Shown piece by piece: positions 23,488 to 34,254 of a stretch of DNA of 64,000 nt. How positions within the stretch are numbered: position 1 is the first letter of the stretch; each line of letters opens with the position of its first letter. This DNA is from Sulfurivirga sp. GTDB taxonomy: Bacteria; Pseudomonadota; Gammaproteobacteria; Thiomicrospirales; Thiomicrospiraceae. The notes under the pieces are model-generated. The model saw nothing but the letters and a program-made list of their open reading frames with translations. It was not told the origin of the DNA and did no database searches. The stretch spans positions 3,748 to 67,747 of the forward strand of contig NZ_WFYD01000062.1 of assembly GCF_015490265.1 (NCBI RefSeq), given 5' to 3'. Made by a program: the position numbers and the translations under genes.

Positions 23488-24144
23488 ATGAGCCGCTACG
23501 AGACCGACGAGGAACAGTGGGAAGCCATCAAGCAGTGGTGGAAGGAGAACGGCAAGTCCATCGTGCTGACGGTGGCCATCACCCTGGCGGCGGTGTCCGG
23601 CTGGAAGTGGTGGCAGACGCAGCAGCTCAACAAGGCGCTGCACGCCTCCGGCACCTTCGAGCTGCTGCAGCTCAAGGCCCAGAGCGGTCAGTTCGAAGAG
23701 GTGGCCCGCGAGGCCGAACGCCTCAAGACCGAGCAGCCGGACAGCCCCTATGCCAGCGGTGCGGCCCTGTTGCTGGGCAGGTATTTCGCCGAACGCAAGC
23801 ATGATGCCGCCAAGGCGGCGGAACAGTTCAACTGGGTGGTCGAGCACGCCCCCGAGGCGGCCATGAAGGATGTGGCCCACCTGCGTCTGGCCCGGCTCTA
23901 TGCCGATCAGAAGCAGTTTGACAAGGCGCTGGTGGAACTGAACAGGGTGCCGCAGACGGGGCTGCCCAAGGCCGAGCAGGCACTCTATCAGTATGTGGCC
24001 GGCGAGGTGGCGCTGCTGAAGGGGGACCGTGCGGCGGCCAGAGCGGCCTTTGCGAAGGTGCTCGAGCTGACCGACGCGCAGGACCTGAAACAGCTGGCGC
24101 AGCTGCAGCTGGACGATCTGGCCGATGTGGCCAAGGGTGGCTGA
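23488..24144 (+). CDS. YfgM-like membrane-anchored TPR protein (UPF0070)
   Basis: It has an N-terminal anchor (EEQWEAIKQWWKENGKSIVLTVAITLAAVSGW) and a TPR-like C-terminus. It sits between hisS and bamB, the conserved position. Confidence 0.75.
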   Translation: MSRYETDEEQWEAIKQWWKENGKSIVLTVAITLAAVSGWKWWQTQQLNKALHASGTFELLQLKAQSGQFEEVAREAERLKTEQPDSPYASGAALLLGRYFAERKHDAAKAAEQFNWVVEHAPEAAMKDVAHLRLARLYADQKQFDKALVELNRVPQTGLPKAEQALYQYVAGEVALLKGDRAAARAAFAKVLELTDAQDLKQLAQLQLDDLADVAKGG

Positions 24145-24148
24145 GACC

Positions 24149-25384
24149 ATGCGCCTTTTTCTGACCGTTCTACTGCTCGCACTGCTGGCCGGTTGCGGTC
24201 ACATCACCACCGACGATGGCGAGACGCTCGACTGGACGCCGGTGGTGGATCGGGCCGGGCAGAAGCTGGTGGAAGGGGAGCATGACCGCAATGCCCTGCC
24301 GGGCATCGGCGCCCACAATCCCGTGGCCGCGCGTCTGGTGTGGACCCTCTACTACAAACCGCTCAACAGCGCCGACACCCGCGGTCTGCAGTGGGCCGAG
24401 GACGGTCAGCGTCTCTATCTGGCCATGCCCAACGGCATGGTCACCGCCTTTTACCGGGAGGAACAGCCCACCTGGGCCAGTCAGGTGGCGTGGCAGACGC
24501 TGCTGTCCAGCCCGGTGCTGGCCGGGCCGATCAAGCACGGTGATGTCCTCTACGTGGGCACTGCGGATGGTCAGCTGGTGGCGCTCAACGCCCGCAACGG
24601 CGAGGTGGTGTGGAACCGCCAGTTGAGCAGCTCCATCGACGCGGCGCTGGTACCGGCAGGCGACCGGCTGATCGTGCGTACGCTGGACAGCAAGGTGTAT
24701 GCGGTGCGGCTCGCTGATGGCGGAACGCTGTGGAAGACGGATCACGAGGCGCCGCCGCTGGCGTTGCAGGGGGAGTCTGCGCCGGTGGTCACCGGTGGCA
24801 AGGTGGTCGTGGGCTGGGAGAACGGGCTGCTTGAAGCACTCGACCTGACCAACGGTGAGCCGCTGTGGCAGCGTCGTCTGGCCACGCCGTCCGGGCGCAC
24901 CGATCTGGAACGCATGGTGGATGTGCAGGCGCAGCCGCTGCTGGTCAATGGACGCCTGTATGCGGTGGCCTTCAACGGTCGGCTGGCGGCGCTGGATCCG
25001 GACACCGGCGCGCTGGTGTGGGTCAAGGACTTCTCCAGCTACCGGGACATGGTGGCGTTGGATGACCGGCTGGTGGCGCTGGACGATGAGGGCGACCTGT
25101 TCGCCTTCGACCTGATCACCGGCACGCGCATCTGGGAACAGAAGGCGCTGCGCCACCGCCAGCTGACCGACCTGCGCCTGTGGCCGCTGGCCAGGAAGGT
25201 GGTCACCGGCGACCGGGCCGGGCTGATCCACTTCGTCGAGCCGCTCAACGGCGCCCTGTGGGGCCGCCTGCGCCACCACAGCCATCCGATCGCCGATCTG
25301 ATGATGCTCTCCGACCATCAGATGGTGGTGGTGGACAACGAAGGCTATCTGTCGCTCTACGAGGTCAGACTGGCGGATGAGTGA
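24149..25384 (+). CDS. bamB: outer-membrane protein assembly factor BamB (lipoprotein, PQQ-like beta-propeller)
   Basis: The lipobox is LLALLAGC. Repeated WxxxL, G.VY and DG.L.ALD.. blades are present. Confidence 0.88.
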   Translation: MRLFLTVLLLALLAGCGHITTDDGETLDWTPVVDRAGQKLVEGEHDRNALPGIGAHNPVAARLVWTLYYKPLNSADTRGLQWAEDGQRLYLAMPNGMVTAFYREEQPTWASQVAWQTLLSSPVLAGPIKHGDVLYVGTADGQLVALNARNGEVVWNRQLSSSIDAALVPAGDRLIVRTLDSKVYAVRLADGGTLWKTDHEAPPLALQGESAPVVTGGKVVVGWENGLLEALDLTNGEPLWQRRLATPSGRTDLERMVDVQAQPLLVNGRLYAVAFNGRLAALDPDTGALVWVKDFSSYRDMVALDDRLVALDDEGDLFAFDLITGTRIWEQKALRHRQLTDLRLWPLARKVVTGDRAGLIHFVEPLNGALWGRLRHHSHPIADLMMLSDHQMVVVDNEGYLSLYEVRLADE

Positions 25385-26933
25385 CGTCACACGCACGCAG
25401 GATGAGGCGCTTCGCCGCGCGCTAGAAGGGGCCCAGCCGGAAGAGCAGTCTGCTGAACGGCAGCCGTTGCCTCAGCCGGCATCCCGGCGCAAGCGCAAGC
25501 CGGTGGTGGCGCTGGTGGGGCGGCCCAACGTGGGAAAGTCCACGCTGTTCAACCGCCTGACCAAGAGCCGTGATGCCATCGTGGCCGACTACCCGGGGCT
25601 GACCCGCGACCGCCAGTATGGCACCGGCAAGGTGGGACGCTTCCCCTACATCGTGGTGGATACCGGCGGTCTCAGCGGCGAGGAGCAGGGTGTGGACCCG
25701 CTGATGGAACAGCAGGTGCGTGCCGCGCTGGAAGAGGCGGACGCCATTCTCTTTCTGGTGGACGCGCAGGCGGGCCTGACGCCGGCGGATGAACAGATTG
25801 CCGATATGCTGCGCCGCCACTACGGCGACAAGCCGCTCTACGTGCTGGTCAACAAGGCGGAAGGGCGCGATGCGGACAGCGTCCGCGCCGAGTTCTTCGG
25901 GCTGGGGCTGGGCGAGCCGCTGGTCATCTCCGCCGAGCACGGCGACCATGTGCGCGAGACCATCGACCATGTGCTGGAGATCGTCGAGCCGCGCCTGCCG
26001 GAGGATGATCAGCCGCTGCCGGATGAGCAGGGCGGCATCCGCGTGGCGGTCATCGGCCGGCCCAACGTGGGCAAGTCCACCCTCATCAACCGCATGATCG
26101 GCGAGGAGCGGGTGGTGGCCTATGACATGCCGGGCACCACCCGCGACAGCATCCGCGTGCCCTTCGAGCGGGACGGGCAGCGCTACACGCTGATCGACAC
26201 CGCCGGGGTGCGCCGCCGCAAGAAGGTGTCCGACCGCATCGAGAAGTTCAGCGTCATCAAGGCCATCGAGGCCATGGATCAGGCTCATGTGGTGGTGCTG
26301 GTCATCGACGGCTCCGAGGGCATCACCGACCAGGATCAGACCCTGCTGGGCCATGCGCTGGAATCCGGCCGTGGGCTGATCATCGCCATCAACAAGTGGG
26401 ATGGGCTGGATCCCGACCAGCGCCGGCAGGTGAAGGCGGATCTGGACATCAAGCTGCAGTTTGCCGAGTTTGCCCCGCGCCATTTCATCTCCGCGCTGCA
26501 CGGTACCGGCGTGGGCAACCTGTTCGACACCATCCGCAAGGTGTATGAAGCGGCCACCCGGCGGGTGTCCACCAGCCAGCTCAACCGGGTGCTGGAGCAG
26601 GCGCTGCTGGAGCATCAGCCGCCGCTGGTCAGCGGCCGGCGCATCAAGATGCGCTACGCTCATCTGGGCGCCCTCAACCCGCCGACGGTGGTGATCCACG
26701 GCAACATGGTGGACCGGGTGCCCCAGCACTACACCCGCTATCTGACCAATGTCTTCCGCAAGGCGTTCGGCTGGCAGGGCACGCCGGTGAAGATCGAATA
26801 CCGCGTGACCGAGAACCCCTACGAGGGCCGACGCAGCAAGATGACCCGCCGCCAGATCGAGCGCAAGCGCAAGCTGATGGCCTTCGTCAAGCAGAAGAAA
26901 AAGGCCCTGCAGCGCAAGAAACGCGGCAGATGA
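25377..26933 (+). CDS. der: ribosome-associated GTPase Der (EngA), two G domains plus KH-like domain and a basic tail
   Basis: Two GxxxxGKS motifs are present ([14 protein letters not shown] and [14 protein letters not shown]). The first 42 codons have atypically AT-rich third positions, so the real start may be the GTG at 25503. Confidence 0.9.
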   Translation: MSDVTRTQDEALRRALEGAQPEEQSAERQPLPQPASRRKRKPVVALVGRPNVGKSTLFNRLTKSRDAIVADYPGLTRDRQYGTGKVGRFPYIVVDTGGLSGEEQGVDPLMEQQVRAALEEADAILFLVDAQAGLTPADEQIADMLRRHYGDKPLYVLVNKAEGRDADSVRAEFFGLGLGEPLVISAEHGDHVRETIDHVLEIVEPRLPEDDQPLPDEQGGIRVAVIGRPNVGKSTLINRMIGEERVVAYDMPGTTRDSIRVPFERDGQRYTLIDTAGVRRRKKVSDRIEKFSVIKAIEAMDQAHVVVLVIDGSEGITDQDQTLLGHALESGRGLIIAINKWDGLDPDQRRQVKADLDIKLQFAEFAPRHFISALHGTGVGNLFDTIRKVYEAATRRVSTSQLNRVLEQALLEHQPPLVSGRRIKMRYAHLGALNPPTVVIHGNMVDRVPQHYTRYLTNVFRKAFGWQGTPVKIEYRVTENPYEGRRSKMTRRQIERKRKLMAFVKQKKKALQRKKRGR

Positions 26934-26985
26934 CGGGGTCTCCCCCATTTTTGCCGGGTCGAATTTCCGCACGCCGGGAAAAGAC
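26933..26985 (+). repeat. single dispersed repeat unit (forward), starting at the last base of the der stop codon
   Basis: The core ACGGGGTCTCCCCCATTTTTGC is at 26933-26954, followed by the arm ...CGCACGCCGGGAAAAG. Confidence 0.8.
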
Positions 26986-27029
26986 GTGGACGTGTGCTAA
27001 AATTGCCGGCTTTTCATTGATTTGGAGCG

Positions 27030-30000
27030 TTGGAGCGCATGACTGACCGCATCCGCGAAATCCCCTACAACTACACCTCCTTTTCCGACCGGGAGATCGT
27101 CATCCGCTTTCTCGGCGAGGACGGCTGGCGCGTCATCGAGGCGCTGCGCGGCCAGCGGCGCACCGGGCGCTCGGCGCGCATGCTGTTCGAGGTGCTGGGG
27201 GACATGTGGGTGGTCACCCGCAATCCCTATCTGCAGGACGACCTGATCGAAAACGAGAAACGCCGCGCCCAGCTGATCGAGGCGCTGCGCCACCGCCTGC
27301 GCCAGGTTGAAAAACGCCTCAACGGCAATGAGCAGGCGGCGGAGCTGCTGGAACGGGTGCGTGATGCGGTCACGGAATTCGAGGCCTGGTTCCCGGAACA
27401 GGCTGCATTGCGGGAGAAAATCCTCAAACGGCTGAAAAAGGTCACCCGTGCCGACAATGTGGACTTCTCCGGTCTTGCGCGCATCAGCCATGCCACCGAT
27501 GCCACCGACTGGCGCGTGGAGCTGCCGCTGGTGGTCATCAGCCCCGACACCGAGGCGGAGATCGCCCCAATCGTGCAGGCGTGCATCGAGCTGGGCCTGA
27601 CCATCATTCCCCGCGGCGGCGGCACCGGCTACACCGGCTCGGCCATTCCGCTGGTGCCCAACACCGCCGTCATCAACACCGAGAAGCTGGAATACATCGG
27701 CCCGGTGGAGGAGATTCCCCTGCCCGGGCTGGAGGCGGTCAAAGTCAAGTCCGTCCATGTGGAGGCGGGGGTGGTCACCCGCCGCGTGTCCGAGGTGGCC
27801 GAGGCCCACGGACTGGTGTTTGCGGTGGATCCCACCTCGCAGGATGCCTCCACCATCGGCGGCAACATCGCCATGAACGCCGGCGGCAAGAAGGCGGTGC
27901 TGTGGGGCACCACGCTGGACAACCTCATCAGCTGGAAGATGGTCATGCCCGACGGCCGCTGGCTGGAGGTGACCCGTCTCGAACACAACCAGGGCAAGCT
28001 GCACGACCAGAAGACGGTGCGCTTTTCCGTGCAGTGGTTCAAGCACGACGGCCTGAGCAAGGACGGCGACCCCACCATTCTGGAAATGCCCGGGGCCATG
28101 TTCCGCAAGCACGGGCTGGGCAAGGATGTCACCGACAAGTTCCTCGCCGGCCTGCCCGGGGCGCAGAAGGAGGGGTGCGACGGCATCATCACCTCCGCCC
28201 GCTTCATTCTGCACCGCATGCCGGCGTTCACCCGCACCTTCTGTCTGGAATTCTTCGGCCACGACCTGAGCCAGGCGGTGCCCGCCATCGAGGAGATCAC
28301 CGCCTTCATGGAGAAGAAGCGGGCCGAGGGCGTGGTGCTCTCCGGGCTGGAGCATCTGGACGAGCGCTACATCAGGGCAGTGAAATACAATACCAAGGCC
28401 GACCGGCGCGAGCTGCCCAAGATGATCCTGCTGGGGGATGTGTCCGGCGACAACGGCTTCGAGGTGGCCAAGACGGTGGAAGAGATCGTCGAGATGGCCC
28501 GAAAGCGTGACGCCGAGGGCTTCATCGCCATCGACGAAGCCTCGCGCAAGGCCTTCTGGGCCGACCGTGCCCGCACCGCGGCCATCTCCGCCCACACCAA
28601 CGCCTTCAAGATCAACGAGGACGTGGTCATCCCGCTGTCCCGCCTCAACGAATACAACACCGGCATCGAGAAGATCAACATCGAGCTGTCGCTGGACAAC
28701 AAGCTGGCCTGCGTGGACGCCATGCTGGCCTGGCTGCGCTCCGATGCGCCGGAGCTCAAGGCGCGCGAGTGCATCGAAACCGGTGAAGGGACGGTGGAGG
28801 ATCTGGTGCACCATCGGGTGCAGGCGGCCATCGACCATCTGGAGGCGGTGCGTGCCCGCTGGCAGCTTTGGCGGGACAACTTTGACACCCCCGCCGCCGA
28901 GCTGATGGACAGACTGCCTGAAGACGTGCGCGGCCGGGTGCGGGCGGGCGACACCCTCATGGACCTGCTGCTGCGCCGCGACCTGCTGGTCAAGTTCCGC
29001 ACCGAGGTGACCCCCTTCCTGCGGGAGAACTTCCTCGGTTACGACTTCGAGCCGGTGCTGGACAGGCTGCGCCAGATCCATGCCGATTACAAGAACGTGC
29101 GCCTGTTCGTGGCGCTGCACATGCATGCCGGCGATGGCAACGTGCACACCAACATTCCCGTCCACTCCGACAACTACGAGATGCTCAAAAAGGCCGACGA
29201 GGTAGTGGACCGGGTGATGGAGCTGGCACTCTCACTGGATGGGGCCATCTCCGGCGAGCATGGCATCGGCCTGACCAAGATCAAGTATCTGGAGCCGGAG
29301 AAGGTCGAGAAGTTCGTCGAATACAAGAACCAGATCGACCCGAACCATGTGTTCAACCGCGGCAAGCTGATGCCCGACTCCAGCCTCGATGTGGCCTACA
29401 CCCCGTCGCTGACGCTGGTGGAGCAGGAGGCGCTCATTCTGGAGGCCACCGATCTGGACGCGCTCAACAACGAGATCCGCCACTGCCTGCGCTGCGGCAA
29501 GTGCAAGCCGGTGTGCCAGACCCACATTCCCCGCGCCAATCTGCTCTACTCGCCGCGCAACAAGATTCTCGCCACCGGCAGCGTCATCGAAGCGTTCCTG
29601 TATGAGGAGCAGACCCGCCGCGGCGTGTCGCTGCACCACTTCGACGTGATGAACGACATCGCCGACCACTGCACCGTGTGCCACAAGTGTGCCAATCCCT
29701 GCCCCGTGGACATCGACTTCGGGGATGTCACCATTCACATGCGCAACATCCTCACCCGCATGGGCAAGAAGCGCACCAGCCTGATGACGAAGGCGGCGCT
29801 GTTCTACCTCAACGCCAAGTCGCCCAATGTGGTCAAGGCGCTGCGCACCACCCTCATCGGCTGGGGCGCGACCGCCCAGCGCATGGGCTACCGCCTGTTC
29901 CGCGTACTGGGCGTGTTCAAGCCCCAGTTGACCGAGCTGCCGGAACGCACCGACAGACCGCAACCGGTGCAGAAACAGGTGATCCACTTCGTGCGCAAGC

Positions 30001-30902
30001 CGCTGGACACCGGTCCCAATGAGCCGCCCATGCGCGCCCTGCTGGGGCTGGAGGATCCCCGCTACGTGCCGGTGCTGCGCCGTCCGGACGTGGGCGAGGA
30101 CGCCGAAGCGGTGTTCTATTTCCCGGGCTGTGGCTCCGAGCGGCTGTTCTCCGACGTGAGCCTGGCCACCCTGGCCATGCTCTATGACGCCGGCGTGCAG
30201 ACCATCCTGCCGCCGGGGTATCTCTGCTGCGGCTACCCGCAGACCGCCGCCGGACAGGAAGACAAGGGCATGCAGATCACCACCGAGAACCGCGCCCTGT
30301 TCCACCGGGTGGCCAACACCCTCAACTATCTGGACATCACCACGGTGATCGTCTCCTGCGGCACCTGCCACGACCAGCTGCTCAAATACGAGTTCGAGCG
30401 CATCTTCCCCGGCTGTCGCCTGCTGGACATTCACGAGTTCCTGCTGGAGCGGGGCTACAAGGTGGAAGACGTGCCCGGCGTGAAATATCTCTACCACGAC
30501 CCGTGCCACACACCCATGAAGAGTCACGACCCGCTCTCCGTGGCCCGGGGATTGATGGCCGGCACCGAAGTGAAGCTCACCGACCGCTGCTGCGCCGAAG
30601 CCGGCACGCTGGCGGTCAGCCGTCCGGACATTTCCAACCAGCTGCGCTTCCGCAAGGAGCAGGAGCTGTTCAAGGGCATCGAGGACCTCACCGGCGAGGC
30701 GCACCGGGTCAAGGGCGAGGTGAAGATTCTCACCAGCTGCCCCGCCTGTCAGCAGGGCCTCAACCGCTATCAGGACAGCACCGGCCTCAAGACCGACTAC
30801 ATCGTGGTGGAGATGGCGCGCCTGCTCAAGGGCGAGGGCTGGAAGCGGGACTTCCTTACCGAACTGCGCCAGAAGAACGCCGTGGAGAAGGTGCTGCTCT
30901 GA
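27030..30902 (+). CDS. 1290-aa fusion protein: N-terminal DUF3683-like domain, FAD-linked oxidase (GlcD-like), and Fe-S/CCG oxidoreductase (GlcF-like); YdiJ-type 2-hydroxyacid dehydrogenase relative
   Basis: The N-terminus reads [17 protein letters not shown]. The FAD-binding region reads [15 protein letters not shown]. Two ferredoxin motifs ([23 protein letters not shown]) and two CCG-type Cys-rich regions (FPGCGSE, YHDPCH) are present. Confidence 0.8.
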   Translation: MERMTDRIREIPYNYTSFSDREIVIRFLGEDGWRVIEALRGQRRTGRSARMLFEVLGDMWVVTRNPYLQDDLIENEKRRAQLIEALRHRLRQVEKRLNGNEQAAELLERVRDAVTEFEAWFPEQAALREKILKRLKKVTRADNVDFSGLARISHATDATDWRVELPLVVISPDTEAEIAPIVQACIELGLTIIPRGGGTGYTGSAIPLVPNTAVINTEKLEYIGPVEEIPLPGLEAVKVKSVHVEAGVVTRRVSEVAEAHGLVFAVDPTSQDASTIGGNIAMNAGGKKAVLWGTTLDNLISWKMVMPDGRWLEVTRLEHNQGKLHDQKTVRFSVQWFKHDGLSKDGDPTILEMPGAMFRKHGLGKDVTDKFLAGLPGAQKEGCDGIITSARFILHRMPAFTRTFCLEFFGHDLSQAVPAIEEITAFMEKKRAEGVVLSGLEHLDERYIRAVKYNTKADRRELPKMILLGDVSGDNGFEVAKTVEEIVEMARKRDAEGFIAIDEASRKAFWADRARTAAISAHTNAFKINEDVVIPLSRLNEYNTGIEKINIELSLDNKLACVDAMLAWLRSDAPELKARECIETGEGTVEDLVHHRVQAAIDHLEAVRARWQLWRDNFDTPAAELMDRLPEDVRGRVRAGDTLMDLLLRRDLLVKFRTEVTPFLRENFLGYDFEPVLDRLRQIHADYKNVRLFVALHMHAGDGNVHTNIPVHSDNYEMLKKADEVVDRVMELALSLDGAISGEHGIGLTKIKYLEPEKVEKFVEYKNQIDPNHVFNRGKLMPDSSLDVAYTPSLTLVEQEALILEATDLDALNNEIRHCLRCGKCKPVCQTHIPRANLLYSPRNKILATGSVIEAFLYEEQTRRGVSLHHFDVMNDIADHCTVCHKCANPCPVDIDFGDVTIHMRNILTRMGKKRTSLMTKAALFYLNAKSPNVVKALRTTLIGWGATAQRMGYRLFRVLGVFKPQLTELPERTDRPQPVQKQVIHFVRKPLDTGPNEPPMRALLGLEDPRYVPVLRRPDVGEDAEAVFYFPGCGSERLFSDVSLATLAMLYDAGVQTILPPGYLCCGYPQTAAGQEDKGMQITTENRALFHRVANTLNYLDITTVIVSCGTCHDQLLKYEFERIFPGCRLLDIHEFLLERGYKVEDVPGVKYLYHDPCHTPMKSHDPLSVARGLMAGTEVKLTDRCCAEAGTLAVSRPDISNQLRFRKEQELFKGIEDLTGEAHRVKGEVKILTSCPACQQGLNRYQDSTGLKTDYIVVEMARLLKGEGWKRDFLTELRQKNAVEKVLL

Positions 30903-30923
30903 TGAGCGTTTTCGGGCAGGCGC

Positions 30924-32635
30924 TCAGTCCCCTCTGGGTGCCTGCTCAAGCCACGCATCCATGGCCTCGACATCCATGGGGCGCCCGTAGAGATAGCCCT
31001 GCGCCCGGCGGAAGCCCAGGGCGGTGAGGAAGGCCGCCTGTTCGGCGTTTTCCACCCCTTCGACCACGCTTTCAAGCCGGAAGGTGTCCACAATGTTCTT
31101 CAGCAGGCGCACCAGATCGGCGTCCTGCGGGTTGTCCGGCAGGCCGCTGACGAAGGCGCGGTCGATCTTCAGCTCGTCGATGGGCAGGCTGTGCAGGTAG
31201 CGCAGGGAAGAATAGCCGGTGCCGCGAAGTCGTCAATGGAGATCTTCGCCCCCAGGCCACGCAACTCGGCCAGTCTGGTCAGCTCGGCCTCATCGCACTT
31301 GAGAATTTCCGCTTCGGTCAGCTCCAGCGTGAAGCCCGGTTCACCGGCGGCCTCCCGCAACCGCTCGAACAGCCGCGGATTCTCAAGATCGCTGATGACG
31401 CAGTTGACCGACAGGTTCAGCGCGCCATGCTGCTGGCGCCAGCAGTGCCACTGATTCAGGGCCTGTTCCAGCACCAGTGCGTCCAGCTGGGCCATCAGCC
31501 CCTCTTCACGGGCGATGGAAAGGAACTCGGCGGGACTGATCAGACCTTCATCGGGGCGGTGCCAGCGCACCAGCGCTTCCATGCCCACCGGTCGGCCCGA
31601 GGTCATCTCCACCTGCGGCTGGTAGTGCACTTCGAAACGTTCCGGGTGGGCATGCAGATCGTTGCGCAACGCCTCGGCCAGCTGATGCCGGCGGCTGAGG
31701 GTTTCCAGCATGGAGGGCGCAAAGGCGAGAAAGTGTGTGCCCGGCAGGGTGGCATGATTGCGTTTGAGATAGCGCAGCGCCGTCTGAGCGGTGCGGATCA
31801 GGCCATCTGGCGTGTACGCATCCTGCGGGGCACGGCTGCAGCCCATGCTGGCTGACAGGTGCAGCACGTGATCCTCCACTTCCAGCGGTTCACGCACCAG
31901 CGCGTGCAGCCGTTCACAGTGGAGTGACCACTCTCCGGCAGGCAGGATGATGGCGAATTCGTCCGCATTGTAGTGAAACACCTGATCCGGATAGGCGGCA
32001 GTGAGTCGCTGCCCCAGCGCCTTGAGCACCGCATCGCCGAAGCGATGGCCATGGCGGTTGTTGAGGGTGCCGAAATCGGCCAGATCCAGCATGGCCAGAT
32101 AGAAGGTCTGGCCTGAGGTCAGCAGGTGCGCCAGCGTCTCCTGTAGAGAGCGTTTCCCGGGCAGGCCGCTGACCGGGTTGTAGGCCTGGAGGTAGTCGAG
32201 CCGCCGGCGCTGGTCGCGCAGCAGCTCCATCAGCTGCATGCGGTCGGTGATGTCATAGACGATGCCTTCCATACGCAGCGGTGTACCGTCCCGGTCCCGG
32301 ATCACCAGTCCCTTTTCATGGATCCAGGCAGTGCGGCCATTGCGCAGGTGGATGCGGTGCTGCAGGTCGTAGTAGGGTTTCTCGCCCTTGAGCACGGCGT
32401 CGATTTCCGCCATGACTCGCTGGCGTGTGGGCTCGTCCAGCACGGCCAGAAAAGCCTCGAACGAGGGTTTGAAGGTAGCGATGTTCTCGCCGTAGATGCG
32501 GATTTTGGTCTTGCTCCAGACCACCTCCCCGGAGGCGATGTCCCACATCCAGTAGCCCACATGAGCCACTTCCTCGGCCAGCTTGAAAAGGTCGAGACAG
32601 GCTTCGGGCGAAATTGCAGGGATGTTCCTGTCCAT
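30924..32635 (-). pseudogene. PAS / degenerate GGDEF / EAL signalling protein, disrupted by a 2-nt (CG) duplication in the EAL domain
   Basis: The 488-aa ORF (31169-32635) ends in ISIDDFAAPAILPC... instead of [10 protein letters not shown]. Removing 2 nt at about 31224-31227 restores [28 protein letters not shown] and joins the 30924-31112 ORF (EGVENAEQ...QGYLYGRP). The GGDEF motif reads NADEF. Confidence 0.8.
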
Positions 32636-32715
32636 GGGGTGAGTTTAACCCACATGGACGGACGGAAGGAAGGCGCAGGGGCGGACGCGCCGCACCCGCT
32701 CGATGGCAGGAAAGC

Positions 32716-33015
32716 TTACTTGGCCTTCTGGCTGGAGAAATACTGGGCGATGGCCTTGATGTCTTCGTCGCTCAGTCCCTTGGCGAAGCGGTTCATCATG
32801 TCGTTGCGGCGGAAGCCGTCACGATAGGCCTTGAGTGCGTTTTCCAGATACTGGGCATGCTGACCGGCCAGTTTGGGAAAGATGGGAGAGGTGCTGTTGC
32901 CGTCTGCGCCATGACAGCCGATGCAGGCCTGTGCCTTGGCCGGCATGTCGGCAGCCAGAGCGGCGGTTGAGATCAGAGCGGCGCCCAGCGCCAGTGCAGC
33001 AATACGCATTTTCAT
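32716..33015 (-). CDS. monoheme class I cytochrome c (periplasmic)
   Basis: The signal peptide is MKMRIAALALGAALISTAALA and the single heme motif is CIGCHG. A distal Met region (NDMMNRF) is present. AGGAG lies upstream of the ATG at 33015. Confidence 0.85.
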   Translation of the reverse strand: MKMRIAALALGAALISTAALAADMPAKAQACIGCHGADGNSTSPIFPKLAGQHAQYLENALKAYRDGFRRNDMMNRFAKGLSDEDIKAIAQYFSSQKAK

Positions 33016-33126
33016 GGTGAGACTCCTGTCGGTTTCATGAAGATGGCTCACATTTTAGCCAAAGGCGGCGCATCCGGCCATGCAGAAAGGTGATGGCCGC
33101 ATAAGCAGGGGGTTCGAGTGCTCCAA

Positions 33127-33158
33127 AATGGAAAAACCGCCCGAAGGCGGTTTTTCCA
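33127..33158 (-). terminator. rho-independent terminator (palindromic, could act in both directions) after the cytochrome c gene at 33180-33494
   Basis: The sequence is AAAAACCGCC-CGAA-GGCGGTTTTT, flanked by A and T runs. Confidence 0.75.
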
Positions 33159-33179
33159 TCACTGAATCGCCGTGCTGAA

Positions 33180-33494
33180 TTACTTCAGGGTGGCGATGTA
33201 GGCAGCGATGTTTTCGATGTCCTGATCGGACAGGCCCTGCGCCATGGGCGCCATCATGGAAGTCATGGGGCCCACCTGTTCGCCAGCCTTGTACTTGTGC
33301 AGCTTGGCAGCGATGTCAGCAGCGGACTGACCGGCCAGCTTGGGACCGACACCGCCTTCACCGTTGGCGCCGTGGCAGCCAACGCAGGTGGAACCGTAGG
33401 TAGCCTTGCCGGCGTCAGCGTTGCCGCCTGCGAAAGCAGACGCGCCGAAGGAAACCAGACCAGCAGTTGCCAGAGCGATGATCATCTTTTTCAT
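33180..33494 (-). CDS. monoheme class I cytochrome c (c-551/c-552-like)
   Basis: The signal peptide is MKKMIIALATAGLVSFGASAFA and the heme motif is CVGCHG. A Met-rich distal region (GPMTSMMAPM) is present. GGAGAG lies upstream of the ATG at 33494. Confidence 0.85.
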   Translation of the reverse strand: MKKMIIALATAGLVSFGASAFAGGNADAGKATYGSTCVGCHGANGEGGVGPKLAGQSAADIAAKLHKYKAGEQVGPMTSMMAPMAQGLSDQDIENIAAYIATLK

Positions 33495-33631
33495 AGGATC
33501 TCTCCTTTGTGTTTGAAAACGTGCGCTGTGCGCTCGATTTCTATTATCGGTGCCTGTCGCCGTTTTGGAAGACGTCAAGCATGACAGAAGTCTTGAGATA
33601 TCGCCGGTTGCCCGTTGACATCATTCGGCAC

Positions 33632-33660
33632 ATTATCTGCCATGCCCGCACCGTTTGCAA
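33632..33660 (-). promoter_or_regulatory. candidate sigma-70 promoter for the cytochrome c gene
   Basis: On the minus strand it reads TTGCAA (33655-33660), 17 nt spacer, GATAAT (33632-33637). It lies about 135 nt upstream of the ATG. Confidence 0.35.
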
Positions 33661-34254
33661 TTACTTCTCGCGCAGCTTCTGCGGCAGGATGAACGCCAGC
33701 GCGATCAGCGCGCCGCCGAATACCAGCGCCACCACGATGCCCGGCACGGAATCGAAGATGGCCGGCATCACATGGCCGTGACGCACCACACCGTCGGCCA
33801 GCGTCACCTTCGGGCCCAGATCGCTGACCAGCTGGAACAGCGGGGTGGAGGTGAGCCAGCCCCAGCTGAGGGCGATCAGGAAGGTGCCCACCAGGCCGCC
33901 GATGACATAGACCACCGCGTCCAGACGGCCTTCGCCCAGCGCCGCCACGCCGGTGCCCGGGCACAGGGCTGCCAGGGCGAAGCCCACACCGAAGATCAGT
34001 CCGCCGACGAAGGTGCCCCAGTAGGCGGCGCGGATGCTGAAGTGCACCGCACCGGGCGCCACGGTGTTGATGGTGAAGATGGCGATCATGGTCAGACCGA
34101 TGGAGAAGAGGATGATCTTCTCCAGCTTCAGGTCCGAAAGGCGCAGCATGTCGATCAGACGGGTCGGGTTGGTGGCGCCGATGCGGTGCAGCACGAAGCC
34201 GAAGGCGCCGCCGAGAATGATGGCCAGCAGGATTTCCATGTCACTGTCCTCCAC
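33661..34254 (-). CDS. YeeE/YedE-family sulfur-compound transporter half (DUF395)
   Basis: It is hydrophobic, about 6 TM helices, with LIFGVGFALAALCPGTGVAALGEG. It overlaps the upstream half by 14 nt, or starts at the ATG at 34239. Confidence 0.75.
   Translation of the reverse strand: MEDSDMEILLAIILGGAFGFVLHRIGATNPTRLIDMLRLSDLKLEKIILFSIGLTMIAIFTINTVAPGAVHFSIRAAYWGTFVGGLIFGVGFALAALCPGTGVAALGEGRLDAVVYVIGGLVGTFLIALSWGWLTSTPLFQLVSDLGPKVTLADGVVRHGHVMPAIFDSVPGIVVALVFGGALIALAFILPQKLREK

Noticed and set aside
31169-31260. Programmed ribosomal frameshift in the GGDEF-EAL gene.
   Set aside because: There is no slippery heptamer or downstream structure. The shift is a simple CG duplication inside a conserved motif codon, so a mutation or sequencing error is the more economical explanation.
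33495-33631. A structured regulatory RNA in the ~135-nt leader of the cytochrome c gene.
   Set aside because: I saw no extended complementary segments or known riboswitch motifs by eye. Only a candidate promoter is reported.
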